Assembly: GCA_051453625.1 (NCBI GenBank)
Contig: JBOZIK010000001.1
Coordinates: 1,633,731-1,676,119 of the forward strand
Length of the DNA stretch: 42,389 nucleotides
Source of the DNA: Welwitschia mirabilis
Lineage: Eukaryota
Reading direction: 5' to 3'
Shown here piece after piece: positions 1 through 12,559 of the stretch (its first letter is position 1; the number at the start of each line of letters is the position of its first letter). The translations under genes and the position numbers were made by a program. Under the pieces are notes generated by a model. It ran no database searches. It had not been told where the DNA came from and saw only the letters and a list, made by a program, of their open reading frames with translations.

Positions 1-339
1 TTCTCCAATCCTTACTAACTTAATATCTTTTAAACCACTCTTCTAATAATGATTTTCATGAGAACTTTGAATCCATACTTAACCCTGATATTCAACGTGT
101 AAGATTCATTGAAAATCTTTTACATCAAGATGGGCGTCCTACAACTATGAAGGATGAAAATAATCTTTAACATAAATACTTATCCAATGGTTTGAAATAC
201 ATATTCTCAAATAACACTTCTAATAAGTCATTATTCATTAGTTCTCAACTTCACCCTTCTTAAGAAAAAGCCTTAATGCTATCATTAACCTAGTAATTAA
301 GGATAAAATTACTAAACTTATAGATGTAGGTAAATTCGT

Positions 340-502
340 GCTTTTGCATAATACTTAAGTACATTCTATGAATGACAAGATGACCTTTAAATGGTTTGGT
401 TCTTATCATGTGGATAGGGTACATTCTAATGGCTCTATTGAGATCTTTGGTCTTTAAACTCAATAAATCCAAAGAGTAAATGGACAAAGGTTAAAATTTT
501 AT
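340..502 (+). pseudogene. Ty3/gypsy integrase C-terminal (GPY/F) remnant, Athila/Tat-like
   Basis: From 380 it reads MTFKWFGSYHVDRVHSNGSIEIFGL*TQ*IQRVNGQRLKFY, matching the W.GPY...NG.....VNGQRLK.Y integrase tail of non-chromoviral gypsy elements; in-frame stops present. Confidence 0.75.
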
Positions 503-1926
503 ACATCACTAGATGATACTTGTTACACTATAAACATGATAAAAGCAATTAACTTGGAAGATATTCTTTGTAAAAAGGAAGATCTTCCCTTAGTCATCTA
601 CTAGATTCTTTCTTAGACTTATTCCTTAGTTTAAGTTAGGAGACTACTTGATGATCTTTAACTTGATTTATGTTTAACTTCCATAGGTGTTATCATGATT
701 AAGTAATTTTTTACTTTGGGTTTTCATGTAATAAATATTGGATTTAGTCAATCTTAAGATATTCCAATATCTAAAATTAATCTCCTTAGTTAGTTTATGA
801 CAAAAAATCAATTATGTTAATCTAATGCTTACTTTTAGTCATATACTTTGTTACTTTATCATTCCAATGATTAATCAATGCTATCAAAAACGGGGAGTCT
901 AAGTCAATGGAAAAGAATAAAAAAAATGAAAAGCAAGAGGGAAATATGAGAAAAAAAGAAAAAAAGAAAAATAAATCACCCTCTTATAATTATACCATGA
1001 TATACTACTGCAAGCATACTAGGGTAAATTTTTCCAAGAGGGGCCTTTGATAGTATGATATGATAGCTGTGAGAACTCCATAAGAGGATTAGTTGGTTAT
1101 GATCTAGATTTAGCTTACAGGATCTTATTCTTTTGGCAATGGTTGTACTCCCCTCATCATGATGAATGGTGTTCTTCAACACCCCATTAACTAAAACTCC
1201 CATCACTCTGAGGCACAGAATTCATGAGCATTTGAGTATATTAATTATTAAATGATATCTTATTAAAGTACTATGGTCTTTATAACTAAAGAGGCATTAA
1301 ATAATAGTTCAAACATGACTTGATATCTTGCTAAATATAATCATTAGATATTGTCATTATCACTACCATTTCTAATGGTATTCTATGGTGTTCTACATTA
1401 AATCATGCATTTCCATATCAAGTAGCTTTATAACCTTACCAAGAAATTTTGCTAAGTTTGAATTTTATGGAAAAAGTTNNNNNNNNNNTTGGTTTTGTCT
1501 TCTCAAAGTCATTTATCTTACTTTTCCCAAAATAATTTTTAGGACTTTGTCATTGTTTAGTCTAGTTGTTACATTTTTCATCACTTGATTATTATACATT
1601 AAATTAAATTAACCTCTGCCTTGATCATCCTTTTGCATGATAGTAGTAATGCTCTTATTTCCTTTAATAATATCCCTTTTTATAACCTTTTCAGTCACTT
1701 AACTGTGTAATCATGAAATCTTAACTTATTCAACTTTTTTATGATGTTTAACATAATGATTTATAATGTACATTAATTTCACTTATGCTTTTTCATAAAT
1801 GTATTTAACATGTTATACCCTTAATTATAAATGATATACATATTTTGAGTATCTTTTTGTCAATTAGCGTGTAACTTATTATTCATTTATTTTGTTAGGG
1901 ACTGATAAATGCTAAGTGGAGGAATA

Positions 1927-2423
1927 TGTTGTGATGCCAACTTGACCTATTTAATACATTTGTGGAGTACATTTTCAGGTCCTATTAATAGGTCTTTTTA
2001 AGGATTTATGAAAATTTTATAAAGCTTTCACACAAGTTGAAAGATGCAATTATTTTCCAAATAAGAAGCCATTTTTGGATAATGATCAACCAAAGTAATG
2101 TGATGAAGATATACTAGTCATCCTTTTTTTCATGGAGACGACAGAGGAAATGACAGTCAGAAAAATATGGTCATCATGGAAATAATGATTTGGACAATAG
2201 TCAGCATTTCCAACATGTGATAATTAGATGGGGTATTGTCCTCTCTATTGTGGGGACAACACGATGGACAATAGCCAAAATTATTTGTAAACATAATTAA
2301 ATTATTATAAAAGGATAGATCTAACTTATACCTCTTTGGTTTACACCCTTTAGTGACCTATCCCAACCTATAAATAGATTCTTTTAGACCTTATTTAAAA
2401 TCATCCTTTTTTATCTACATTTT
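1927..2423 (+). mobile_element. 3' LTR (truncated by a gap) of the Athila/Tat-like element
   Basis: Starts TGTTGTGATGCC just after the purine tract AAGTGGAGGAA (~1914-1924). Colinear with 6827-7345. Contains internal degenerate tandem units (GTCATCC...CATGG...GACA...TAGTCAG). Confidence 0.8.
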
Positions 2424-2523
2424 NNNNNNNNNNNNNNNNNNNNNNNNNNNNNNNNNNNNNNNNNNNNNNNNNNNNNNNNNNNNNNNNNNNNNNNNNNNNN
2501 NNNNNNNNNNNNNNNNNNNNNNN

Positions 2524-2590
2524 ACATACACACACACACACACACTCACTCACTCTCTCACTCTTTCACACATACACTCACACACACATA
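2524..2590. repeat. (CA)n/(CT)n compound microsatellite
   Basis: Directly visible, at a gap edge. Confidence 0.9.
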
Positions 2591-2594
2591 TGAA

Positions 2595-2960
2595 TTCTAG
2601 CCTTAAATGCCATTTAAATCTAAAGGAGTTCTCCTAAACCATATCTTCTATTTAATAAGAAGTCAAAGGAATAATTATGCCTATGATAGTTTCTGGGATG
2701 TTGAAATATAGGCATAGCCCTAATATTCATTATTTTCTTGCCTTTCTTGTCTCATATCTATAAAAACAAAGAGAGTTTTTAGAGAGGTGGAGATACAAAG
2801 AACAAGGAAATATTTAGACTTAATGAAGATTTATATTATTGGTTCTATTATTAAGTATCGTAAAGTATGGTAATTAAAATCCTATTTTTCCTTTCTTATT
2901 GAATAGAGGGAATGATCTAAGAGAAACTCCTCTAGAATTTAATGGCAACTTAGACTAAAA
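2595..2960. repeat. Degenerate foldback (long inverted repeat), MITE-like
   Basis: 2595-2660 (TTCTAGCCTTAAATGCCATTTAAATCTAAAGGAGTTCTCC...TCTATTTAATAAGAA) is the reverse complement of ~2893-2960. Inner arms ~2730-2767 and ~2775-2812 also pair. Confidence 0.65.
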
Positions 2961-4859
2961 ATTAAATGAAATAGGGATAATTGGGGATTCTTAAATTTTT
3001 GGATCTCATAGATCTAGGTAATTTTTTTTTAATTTATAACTAATTTTAGCCTCTTATATGAAGACCTTTAAATCTCATTTACATAATAGTTGATAATAAA
3101 AAAGCTTAGGTACTAAACACATGACCACATTCTAGCCAAAGAAGTAAATTATCTAAAACTAAATATTTACTAGGAACCATTAAAAAGATCATAAAGGATC
3201 TAAAAATAATCAACTTCTTCACCTTATCAACTATATAATCATTAACGTATTAACATTTTCAACATAGTTTAAATTTATATATCTTAGAAAAAATGAATGC
3301 TACATGATTATAAAATTTTAAATTTATAAAGAAAATGGTAAATATCTAGTATCTTATTATTTTTATTCATTTTATTGAAATACATGTAATGAATATTTAT
3401 TAATAAATGGTAAAAAATAATATATTAAAATAAATGTTTGACCAAAGACATGAGTAGTATGAAATATAGGACAAACATTACAACATAATGAATGAAATAT
3501 AAAAAGTTGAGCATCATTAATTTCAACAATAGAAACATATATCTTTCTTTTAAAATGATAAATATTAAAGTTCATGCTAAATAATGTAGAAAGAACTAAA
3601 ATTTAGTTAGCATCTCTTGGTATTGCATATACGTCTAGAGTTGTATTTATCATAATTGTATAAATTATGATTTCCTGAGGACTAAGATGAATAACACTAT
3701 TATGAACCACTAATATTAATTTTTATTTATCTTGCCTTTGATAGAACTCAAAGCCATATTCCTTAGAATAATCTTTATAAAAATTACAAAGTTTTAATCC
3801 CTATCCATCTTGCTTAATCATCCATTGTAAAAATTGAAATCCAATGTAAGTTATCAAAAAGAGATACACATGATCTTTGAAATGAAGGATACCTATACAA
3901 TAATGCAATAATGAATTATAAATTATTTTATAAAATCAAATTTAGTATTCAAAATTAAGAGTTAATAATTAAAATAAATGCACATATAATTAGATGTTAC
4001 CATTAATGGTGCTATAATTTTAGTAAAACATCCTAAATATTGCTTAAAATGGAAGTCATTGTTGTGTTATAAAGTTCTAATAGTGAAGCATGTGTAATAG
4101 GATACTTGCATAATGTCTTTTTATATGTAATAGGATCTTTAATATTTTATTTTAAAGGATAATTTAAAAATATGCTTAAATGAAAGAGAATTTAAACCTT
4201 ATTAACAAAAAAAATGTTCTACTCTAATTTATTTCCTTCTACTTTGTTAGCATTTATTAAATTGTTCTTAACATAGAAGCTTTTATATGCCAAAAGTATT
4301 AATCATATTAAGATTCATAACTACATATGCCTAAATTTAGCATTGACTTATCCTTTGCACAATAAAACTAATTTGCTTAAAATATTTAAATATATTTCAA
4401 TTTGATAATATTAGTAACATTTGGTTTAAAATGCATTTTAACTTCTTACTAGAATAAAGCCTAACAAAGTGATATAGTTTGGTATGTTATTACAATATGA
4501 ATTAAAGTGATGATGAGTACAATTCATCATCAATAAAATGAAATTACTTCTTTCAAATTTGAAACAACTCAATCAACTAATGAAACCGTACCTATATGCA
4601 TTACTAGATTATTTCTTTACTTCTAGATAAAGCTTTCCCACTAGACAACTTGATCTTCAAAGCTTATAAATCTACCTCTTAAACACAGAAGTAATTCTTC
4701 AAGCCTTTTTATCAAATAGAGTAAATAAACCAATAGTAAAAGAAAGAGAAAGTAATAAAATAATAAAAATGATTCATTTGAAAATTTATAAGGATAAAAC
4801 AGAAATCAATTAGGAAGTCAAGTCATTTCTTTAACAAAAAAAGAAATACCTTACATTTT

Positions 4860-6826
4860 ACAATACTCCACCGAAGAAAAGATGCATATATGATGCCACC
4901 TTTGTCATTGAAAATGAATAACAATGATGACTTCAATTAAAAAAAAAAAATTCAATCATAGAATTAATTAGAAAAATTTTTTACAATAAATTAAAAGAAA
5001 TTTCATTCTTAATGATTTTATTATAAATCAAATGGTGGAATTTCAATGCCTACATTTAGGAAAGCATCCATGGAATAATAATTGGTTAGAGTTTTAGAAT
5101 CTAATAAAGTATTTAAAAAACTTATCAATAAAGTATCTTATTAATAGTTTCATTTAAATACTACCCCCCTAAAATATGAAGTATCCTCTGAACCTTAGAA
5201 GTTAAATCTATTAAAGATGCTTATAAGAAAACAAAACACTACTTGGGATCAAAGACAATAGATGGATTAAGATGAAATTGAATAAAATATAAGGTTCACT
5301 ACCAATAGGTATCAACCTCATAGAGAATAAATTATAAGTAATATCCTTGACCATAAATGTAAGAAAAAAATTCACATAAAAATGATTTATCCACTAAAGG
5401 AACCTAAATCTAAACCTTCTACTTGAAATTAATCTCAAACATAATTACATCCTAGATTACCTATAAAAGAAGTATATGTTACAATTGATACAAGTTTAGT
5501 AAGAAATTAATTTTCTCTTTGAGAACTATTATAGTGTATTTTACATTTTATTTTTTTAAAATCATTAGTGGTTCTTCCTACAATTTCATCTTTTCATTTT
5601 TATTTTAAAAAATTAAATATTACTCCATTATAAGAATTCGAATCCCTCATAGAAATAGCATAAGAAAACAATCGTATATAGAATAAACTAGGAGGATTAA
5701 TAACACTTACAATCTAATTTGATATACATTTTATATAATTATCATTGACAACTATGAAGACATCATAGAAATATCTACAACATTAGACTATATTTTCAAA
5801 AAAGGTCACTAATAGTCCCATGTTCATTTAGAGAATCAATGCTTGATAGGGAGAAAAAGAATAAGAAATTTGTTTTTTAATAATTATGTAACACATTATA
5901 AAAGAAGTAACTCAAAAACAATTATTATTGGTAATAATTAAATAAGAAACTATAAGTTTAAAATAATAGATTCTAAAATGGTTATAAAAATTTAGAGAGG
6001 TCTTTAAAGAAATAATAAATATATCATCCAAATAAAAGGTAAAGTATACCATTGACTTAATCTTAATAGTATAACTAATAAAAAGAGCCTCTATGTAATT
6101 TTAGTCATAGAACTTGGAGATCTCAAACTATAATTAAAACAAATACTACTAGAAGGAGAAAAGAACTTACCTAAGTGTGTCTCCTTGGGGTGCTTCTATT
6201 TATCAAAAGAAGGAATCTTAAGGTTGTGCATAGACTATCAACAACTAAATAAGGTAATCATTAAGAAGAAATTCTTCCTACCAAGATTTGAAAATTTTCT
6301 AGATTAATTATAAGGAAAAATTATTCTTAAAAATTGATTTGAGATTAGGATAATACTAGATAAGAATTAAACAAGAAGTTATCCATCAAATGGTGTTTTG
6401 AAATAGATATGGATATTATGAATTTGTGATAATTCCATTTAGACTTACAAATATACTATCAATCTTCATGAGTCTAAAGAATAATGTCTTTTATCCACAT
6501 CTTAATAAATTTATAATAGTATCCTTTGAAGACATTTTGGTATACTAAACGAATAGAGAGACACATGCATTTCCTCTAAATAAAGTATTACAAGTATTAT
6601 AGAATCATGATGTTAAGGTTAAATTGATCAAATGTGAATTTTTCCAGGTAAAGGTAAATTACTTAGGACATGTTATCTCTAAATAGGAAATTGTAATAGA
6701 CCATGTAAATATCTAAAGAGTTTGATAATGGATTGTCCTAAAAAAATTACAAAAGCTTAAAGTTTCTTAGAACTCATAAGTTTATATTAAATATTTATTC
6801 TAAGAATATTGTAATTAGTAGAACCA
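4860..6826 (+). pseudogene. Degenerate Ty3/gypsy chromovirus-like (Tekay/Del) gag-pol; RT well recognisable
   Basis: ~6170-6826 reads PSVSPWGA..LRLCIDYQQLNKV..KFFLPRF..KIDLRLG..RYGYYEFVIIPF.LTN..FIIVSFEDILVY..KCEF..YLGHVIS. The upstream gag/protease is only faintly recognisable, so the left boundary is approximate. Confidence 0.85.
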
Positions 6827-7897
6827 TGTTGTGATGCCAACTTAACCTATTTAATACACTTGTGGTATACATTTTTATATCTTGTTAATAGGTCTTTCTA
6901 GGAATTTATGAAAATTCTATAAATCTTTAATACAGGTCAAAAATATGCAATAATTTCCTACACAAGAAGCCGTTTTTTAAAAATGATGAACCAAAGCAAG
7001 GTAATGAAGATATAATGATCATCCTCTATGTTGTGGCAATGACAGAGGGGATAATAGTCAAAAAAATATATCTTCATCCTATGTGTCATGGGGATTATGA
7101 TCAGGATAACAGTCAGCATTTTCAACACATCGTAAACAGTAGTTAGCAGATGGGGTGTTGTTCTCTATGTCATGGGGATGACATGATAGAAAATGGTTAA
7201 ATTGATTTGTAAAATTAATTAAATTGTTATGAAAGGATAGATTTAACTTTTACCTCTTTGTTTCCCATTCTTTAGTGATTTATTCCAATCTATAAATAGA
7301 CCCTTTCAGATCTTATTCAAATCATCCTTTGTTATCTACATTCTTATGACTATTAAAGATTATTAAAGGTAAGGAGATTCGTCTTACTTGTGATAAGGAC
7401 CACTTTAATGTTAGGTAGTGAATCATTTATCAAGGAGTTATTTTTATAAGTGGATGTAATTAAATTTCATTATTAAAAATATTAATTAAATTGAAATCTT
7501 TTTAAATGTTTTATTGTTCTTCCTTATAGCTTATCTTAATTTTAATTTAAGTGACATGAATTTGTAACTAAAATAGGTTATAAGAATCAATCTAAGTGAT
7601 AGTAGATTAGAAATTTAAATAATTCATTGCATTAGAATTGCATTCATTACATTGCATTCCATCTTTATTTTTGCATTGTTTAATTTTATTTTTTATAAAG
7701 CAAATATATCATTCTTTTCTCTCTAGATCAATGTTTCAAATTCTCTTTTAGAAGTCTTCTCTAAATGTATGACGTTTGGGTTAATCCCACTATACTAATT
7801 TGTATAATGTGCAATTAGGTATTTAGCTTTCTAGATGTTGCAAATTAAATGTGATCTTTAGAATATTAAATTAGAATTACAAAGATACATTGCAACA
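6827..7897 (+). mobile_element. Solo-type LTR, same family as 1927-2423, interrupting the gypsy RT
   Basis: Begins TGTTGTGATG and ends CATTGCAACA (terminal inverted repeat). No PPT upstream and no PBS downstream. The flanks AACCA/TCTTC do not match, so there is no TSD. Confidence 0.7.
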
Positions 7898-8479
7898 TCT
7901 TCTAAATGAGATAAATATCTTGAAAATGTCATTGAAAGATGATAAATCCACAAATAATGTTAAAGAGAAAAATCAGATATAATTCCATTATAAAATGATT
8001 ATTTTAATATCTTTTATTAACCTATATTTGTTAGATAACTTGATCAGATGTCAATTTTTACATTATAACATATTTCATATCTTTTGATCTTGATTAATTA
8101 TCCCCTTTAATTCCATACCGTTTTATATTAACTACTTATTTTTGTTCTTGTGTTTTCCATAAGTATATTTCCACTAGCTACATTTAGAAAGTTAAGATTA
8201 ATAGCACTTAAAAGAAGTTTGTCAAGATGCACTTTGTAGATAAATTATTCTATATGATTTATAATAAATCATCCATAGTTGATTCTTCATTTTAATGAGT
8301 TTATTAATATTTTTAACTTTTTAGATCTTAAATTACTTGCACTAAGTTATATATCTATTTTAATAAAGATGTTAAACCATAGATCCATACTAAATACTAA
8401 TATATTATTTCTAAAAATAAAGTATTTAAGATTTTAGAAATTCCCTAAATTTGGAGGTAGCTCTAAGACATTGTAAAAT

Positions 8480-9200
8480 GTTACAATCCATAAAATTAAA
8501 AAGAAAAAGGGACAAATATCTAATTTTTAAATACATTCTTCTAGAAGCACATATTTATTACTCTTCATGCATGGCTTCATGTAAATGTTCTTTTGATTCA
8601 TTAAGATTGTAAACTAGGAAATGGTTTTTTAGAGTTTCTTAGAATGTTAGCAATTTCAAGAAGGAGGATGATGATACTTATATTTACCTAATGCTTTTCA
8701 TTACATATTAGTGTATAGGAAATTCTTTCCTTTATAATACAAAAGTAATATGAAACTAGTATAGAAAATGATGAAGTTGATTTTCATAGGAAATAAGGAT
8801 ACTAAGTAGAATAATTTTAATAATGAAGTTATAATAACAAATTTTATTTACACATGTATGGTTTTGAATAAAGATAAAGTAGAAAATAAATTATTTGGAT
8901 AGATTATCTAGAAACAAAGTGTCTGAGGTATGAGTTTCTAATAAATGAACTAGATAACAAAATGAAAGATGTGGAGAGTTGTCACTATTATAGAGAGACA
9001 TAAATATTTTGAAAAGAAATGATTATTACAAAAGAAGCAATATTGCTTGTGGATTAAAGTGAATATAAGATGAATTACATCTACCTACAATTTATAGGAA
9101 TCCAAAGAATATATTGAGTAAGATAATTATAAAAGAAATGGCTATAAATATATTATATATGAAAGATAAACTAGATAATTAAAAATTTGTATAATAGAGT
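8480..9200 (+). pseudogene. Extremely decayed Ty1/copia RT/RNase H remnant
   Basis: Scattered motif relics in the expected order (FDS ~8593; FKKEDDDTYIYLML ~8655-8697, like ..YIYLLLYVDD; KEAILL ~9032), with apparent deletions between them. Confidence 0.35.
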
Positions 9201-9779
9201 GAAAACTTAAAATATTTATCACTTATTTGAAAAACCCATATTTGATTTAGAATTCAAGATTATATATCTTTGTATTGATTATTTTGACTCTTAGACTTTT
9301 GTATTATTTATTCATATTTAAGTTTTAATAATACTAAATAATATAAATAAATAAATTAAACTAATATAATTTATTTNNNNNNNNNNAAACATTAAAGGAT
9401 TTATCTATGTATTAGCTAGATCTCTAAATTTTTAGAATAAATAATCCTTGGAAGTAATGTCTTATGCTTTTTAGCTACTAAGATCATAAATTAATTAAGT
9501 TATAAATTTGGTGTTAATAAATGTAAGAGATTAATCAAAAGTTATAAGATTAGTTCAATCATTAAAGTTAAATCCTTAATTATTATTCTTAAATATACAA
9601 GCATAACCTATTATAATAGCATAGTAACTAATTTTGTATTACTTCTATTATGTAATAGATATAAACACTTATTTCTATATTTAAAATTTCTTTTTCTCCA
9701 TTCCATTTTGACTTTACTAATGTATCTTAACTTAATATAGTAGTTCTTCCAATATGAAGATCATTTTAAATAAGTTAAA

Positions 9780-10950
9780 CCCAAGGGTAATAATTATTAG
9801 AAGAATGCTCAACTTGTTAATTAGATTTGATATCCTAAATATTATCTACAATAGGATCCATAATGATTTAATAAATATGTAAATATTGAATTTTTATTAG
9901 TAGTTTTTAAAATTGTTAAAATTATCTATAGGGAAAAAAGTGATATAAAACTTATCCTCTTCATGGCTCTTCATGGCTTTAATTAGGTAATAATCCTTAG
10001 GCTATTCATTCCCTTTAGCTATGTAGTAATTATTCAAGATGGGAAAAATTTTAGCCTTTACTTTGAAAATAAGTAATAGGTGGCTTACTTTAAAGGAATT
10101 TTTGGAACATATATGGTATAACATGAGCTAGGAAAAAAGCTACATTACTTTTATTTTGTTATTAAATTACTTTTATGACTTAGACATCCATTAAAGTATG
10201 ATAGTGTTTGATATATTTTTGGCTTATTTATCATTTAATATTTCTTTTTTGAAGTGTAGCTACCTATGATTACATCAATAAAAATAATTTAATTTAAATA
10301 AAGCTTGATAACCTATGTAACTCTAGTAAAAGCATAGAATTGGAATTATTTTGAAGAGTTCACTCTCCTTAGAATCAAGCATTTTCTTTATTATCTTATT
10401 TATCAAGCCTACCTATTAAAACTAGACTAAAGAACTTAATTCTAATCTCTCTAAAATTTCCATTTTTTCATGCTAATAAATCCTTTACTTATATCATTGT
10501 TCATTGTTATTTCTTTCAAAAATCCAAGTACTAGATTTCCTAGTCCTTTTTAAGTGGTTTTTGAAAATCCGTCTTATATTAAGAAGCAACTTTTATCAAC
10601 TCAAAATATTCTAAAGCCCATGTTTTAAACTACTTGTAGAGTTTTTGTTATCAAATTATATTTAAATAAGCTATATTAAATTTATCCCTTTCATTTTAAA
10701 TGAAAAATGATATCATATTATAGATTTTTATCCAATGTTATGTTTAACTCTATGTTCATATGCATAGCTTTAATTAAATATGATTGATTTTTACTTGGTA
10801 CAAATAGCCTAAATAGTTGTATGTTTTCATAAAGCTCTTGTTCATAAAGAGACTTTTTTAATATAATATGATTGTTTTGTTTTGGAATTCAACATCTCCT
10901 TCAAATTCATATCCACATTAACTTTGGATCTAGTTATCAAGTCATGAATA
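9780..10950 (-). pseudogene. Decayed Ty1/copia RT/RNase H remnant
   Basis: Minus-strand relics in copia order: LKKSLYE (LKKSLYGLKQ) ~10860; ALEYF (L.YFLG) ~10610; FNGCL (DFAG) ~10190; FFLA...CSK (F.LG...SW.SKKQ) ~10100-10140. Confidence 0.55.
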
Positions 10951-12169
10951 ATTTTTTATTATAAATAAACTTCTTTTTATTATATCATAGCACATTTTAT
11001 GGCATTCCAACATGATATTAAATCATATCTATTAGATTTACTTCATGGAATTATAAATTCATCATGTGAGTAATAAGTGAAAAAATAAATAAATAAAATT
11101 ACAACAAAGTTAATAATAATTAATTTTTATTGCATAATTGTAATTGTTAATTTATTAATTTGAAAGATTATCTATAATAAGAAATATTATGAAGTAATGA
11201 AGCATCACCTTTTGCACTTCTTTAAACTAAAAGACACGAATCATCAAAGTCTAAGGAAACATGTCTAAATTAAAAAAGTCTATTCAAGAAAATTTATTGG
11301 ATATTATAACTAATATACTATAAGAAATATTTATAGTAGTAAAAATCAATATAGATGAATACATTAGCAAGTTATATTAGTACATGTAATCCATTAACTA
11401 CCACCTAAAAAATATAGATAAAATTTGTCAAATAGAAGGGAAAAAAGAACTAATGAAGAACTGATAAAAAATGAAAATTATAAGAGGTGTACAAATGTTT
11501 TTAGTAAGTTGACTAAACAAGTTTTATAAGAAAACTAAAGTTGAAGAAATAATATGTTTTTTTTGAAGAAATGTAAATGTTCTTCAGTTTATTTCCAAAA
11601 AAATCCTTACATATTTATAAGAAAAGAACCCCTAATAGTGCTTGATATTAATTATCACTATCTTATAATATAAGATATTTTAATAAAAATGAAATGATAA
11701 ATCATATTTGAAGTCTTGAAATACTATTTTGATGATACATAATTACATAGAAACATTGTTATCATAAAATTTAAAAAGCCTTTTTTTATTTTGTACTTTT
11801 TTGTATTATAAAAATACATTTTAAGAATTAAATTTATAACCACAACGCCACAAGAATACTATTCTACTATTAGGATAGCACTTCAATCTTGAAACATCAA
11901 CTGTTAAAAACAAAAGAATTTTTTTGAGGAAATTCTTCATTGTATGTGTTAAAAAATTATTATTTGCATGAATTAAAAAATTATTATCCCACTGAAAATA
12001 AAGTTTGCTTATTAAAATTTTGTTAGAGAACTATTAAGAAATCATTGCTTATTTCTTCAGACTATTAAAAAGATATAGAATTTTATGAACATAGAAACTT
12101 TATAAGGATATCCTAAACTATTTCTTGAACTACAAGAAAATTATGAAGAGAGAAAAAAAATACCTCATT

Positions 12170-12310
12170 CCATTTTTAGACATTAAATGAAGTTATGTAA
12201 GTCACATATTATAATTAAGAAAGCACGAAAGTAAATTGCCCCATTTTTAGACACAAAATAAAGCTACATAAGTCACATACCATAATAAAAAGAGTAGGAA
12301 AATAACTTGT
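12170..12310 (+). repeat. Two-copy ~71-bp tandem repeat upstream of the LINE
   Basis: CCATTTTTAGACA...TAAGTCACATA..ATAAT at 12170 and again at 12241. Confidence 0.8.
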
Positions 12311-12559
12311 TTTATTTTCTCTTAGATTTTTAAAAGAGTGATACCATGTGTTGAAAAGCCTTAACTACAAAGTGTTATCCTAGAAGCCATCATGAACAAG
12401 TAGAATAACCTAGACTTGTGGCTCTTCATGAAGCTCTAATTTTAGAATAAAATTTTTCTTGGTTACATTTTATCTATCTAATCTTAATAATAAAATTTCT
12501 AATCTATAGATCTCTTTATATATAACTAGGGATTCATATCCTTCATTAATTAATTCTAG

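Noticed and set aside
976-1240. 76-aa minus ORF and small hairpins (GGTGTT-CTTC-AACACC at ~1168) as a possible gene or ribozyme
   Set aside because: No recognisable domain or hammerhead core; consistent with the 3' non-coding region of the gypsy element.
3000-4860. AT-rich stretch, possibly LTR/leader of the gypsy remnant (likewise 11000-12170)
   Set aside because: No termini, PBS or coding motif that I can support.
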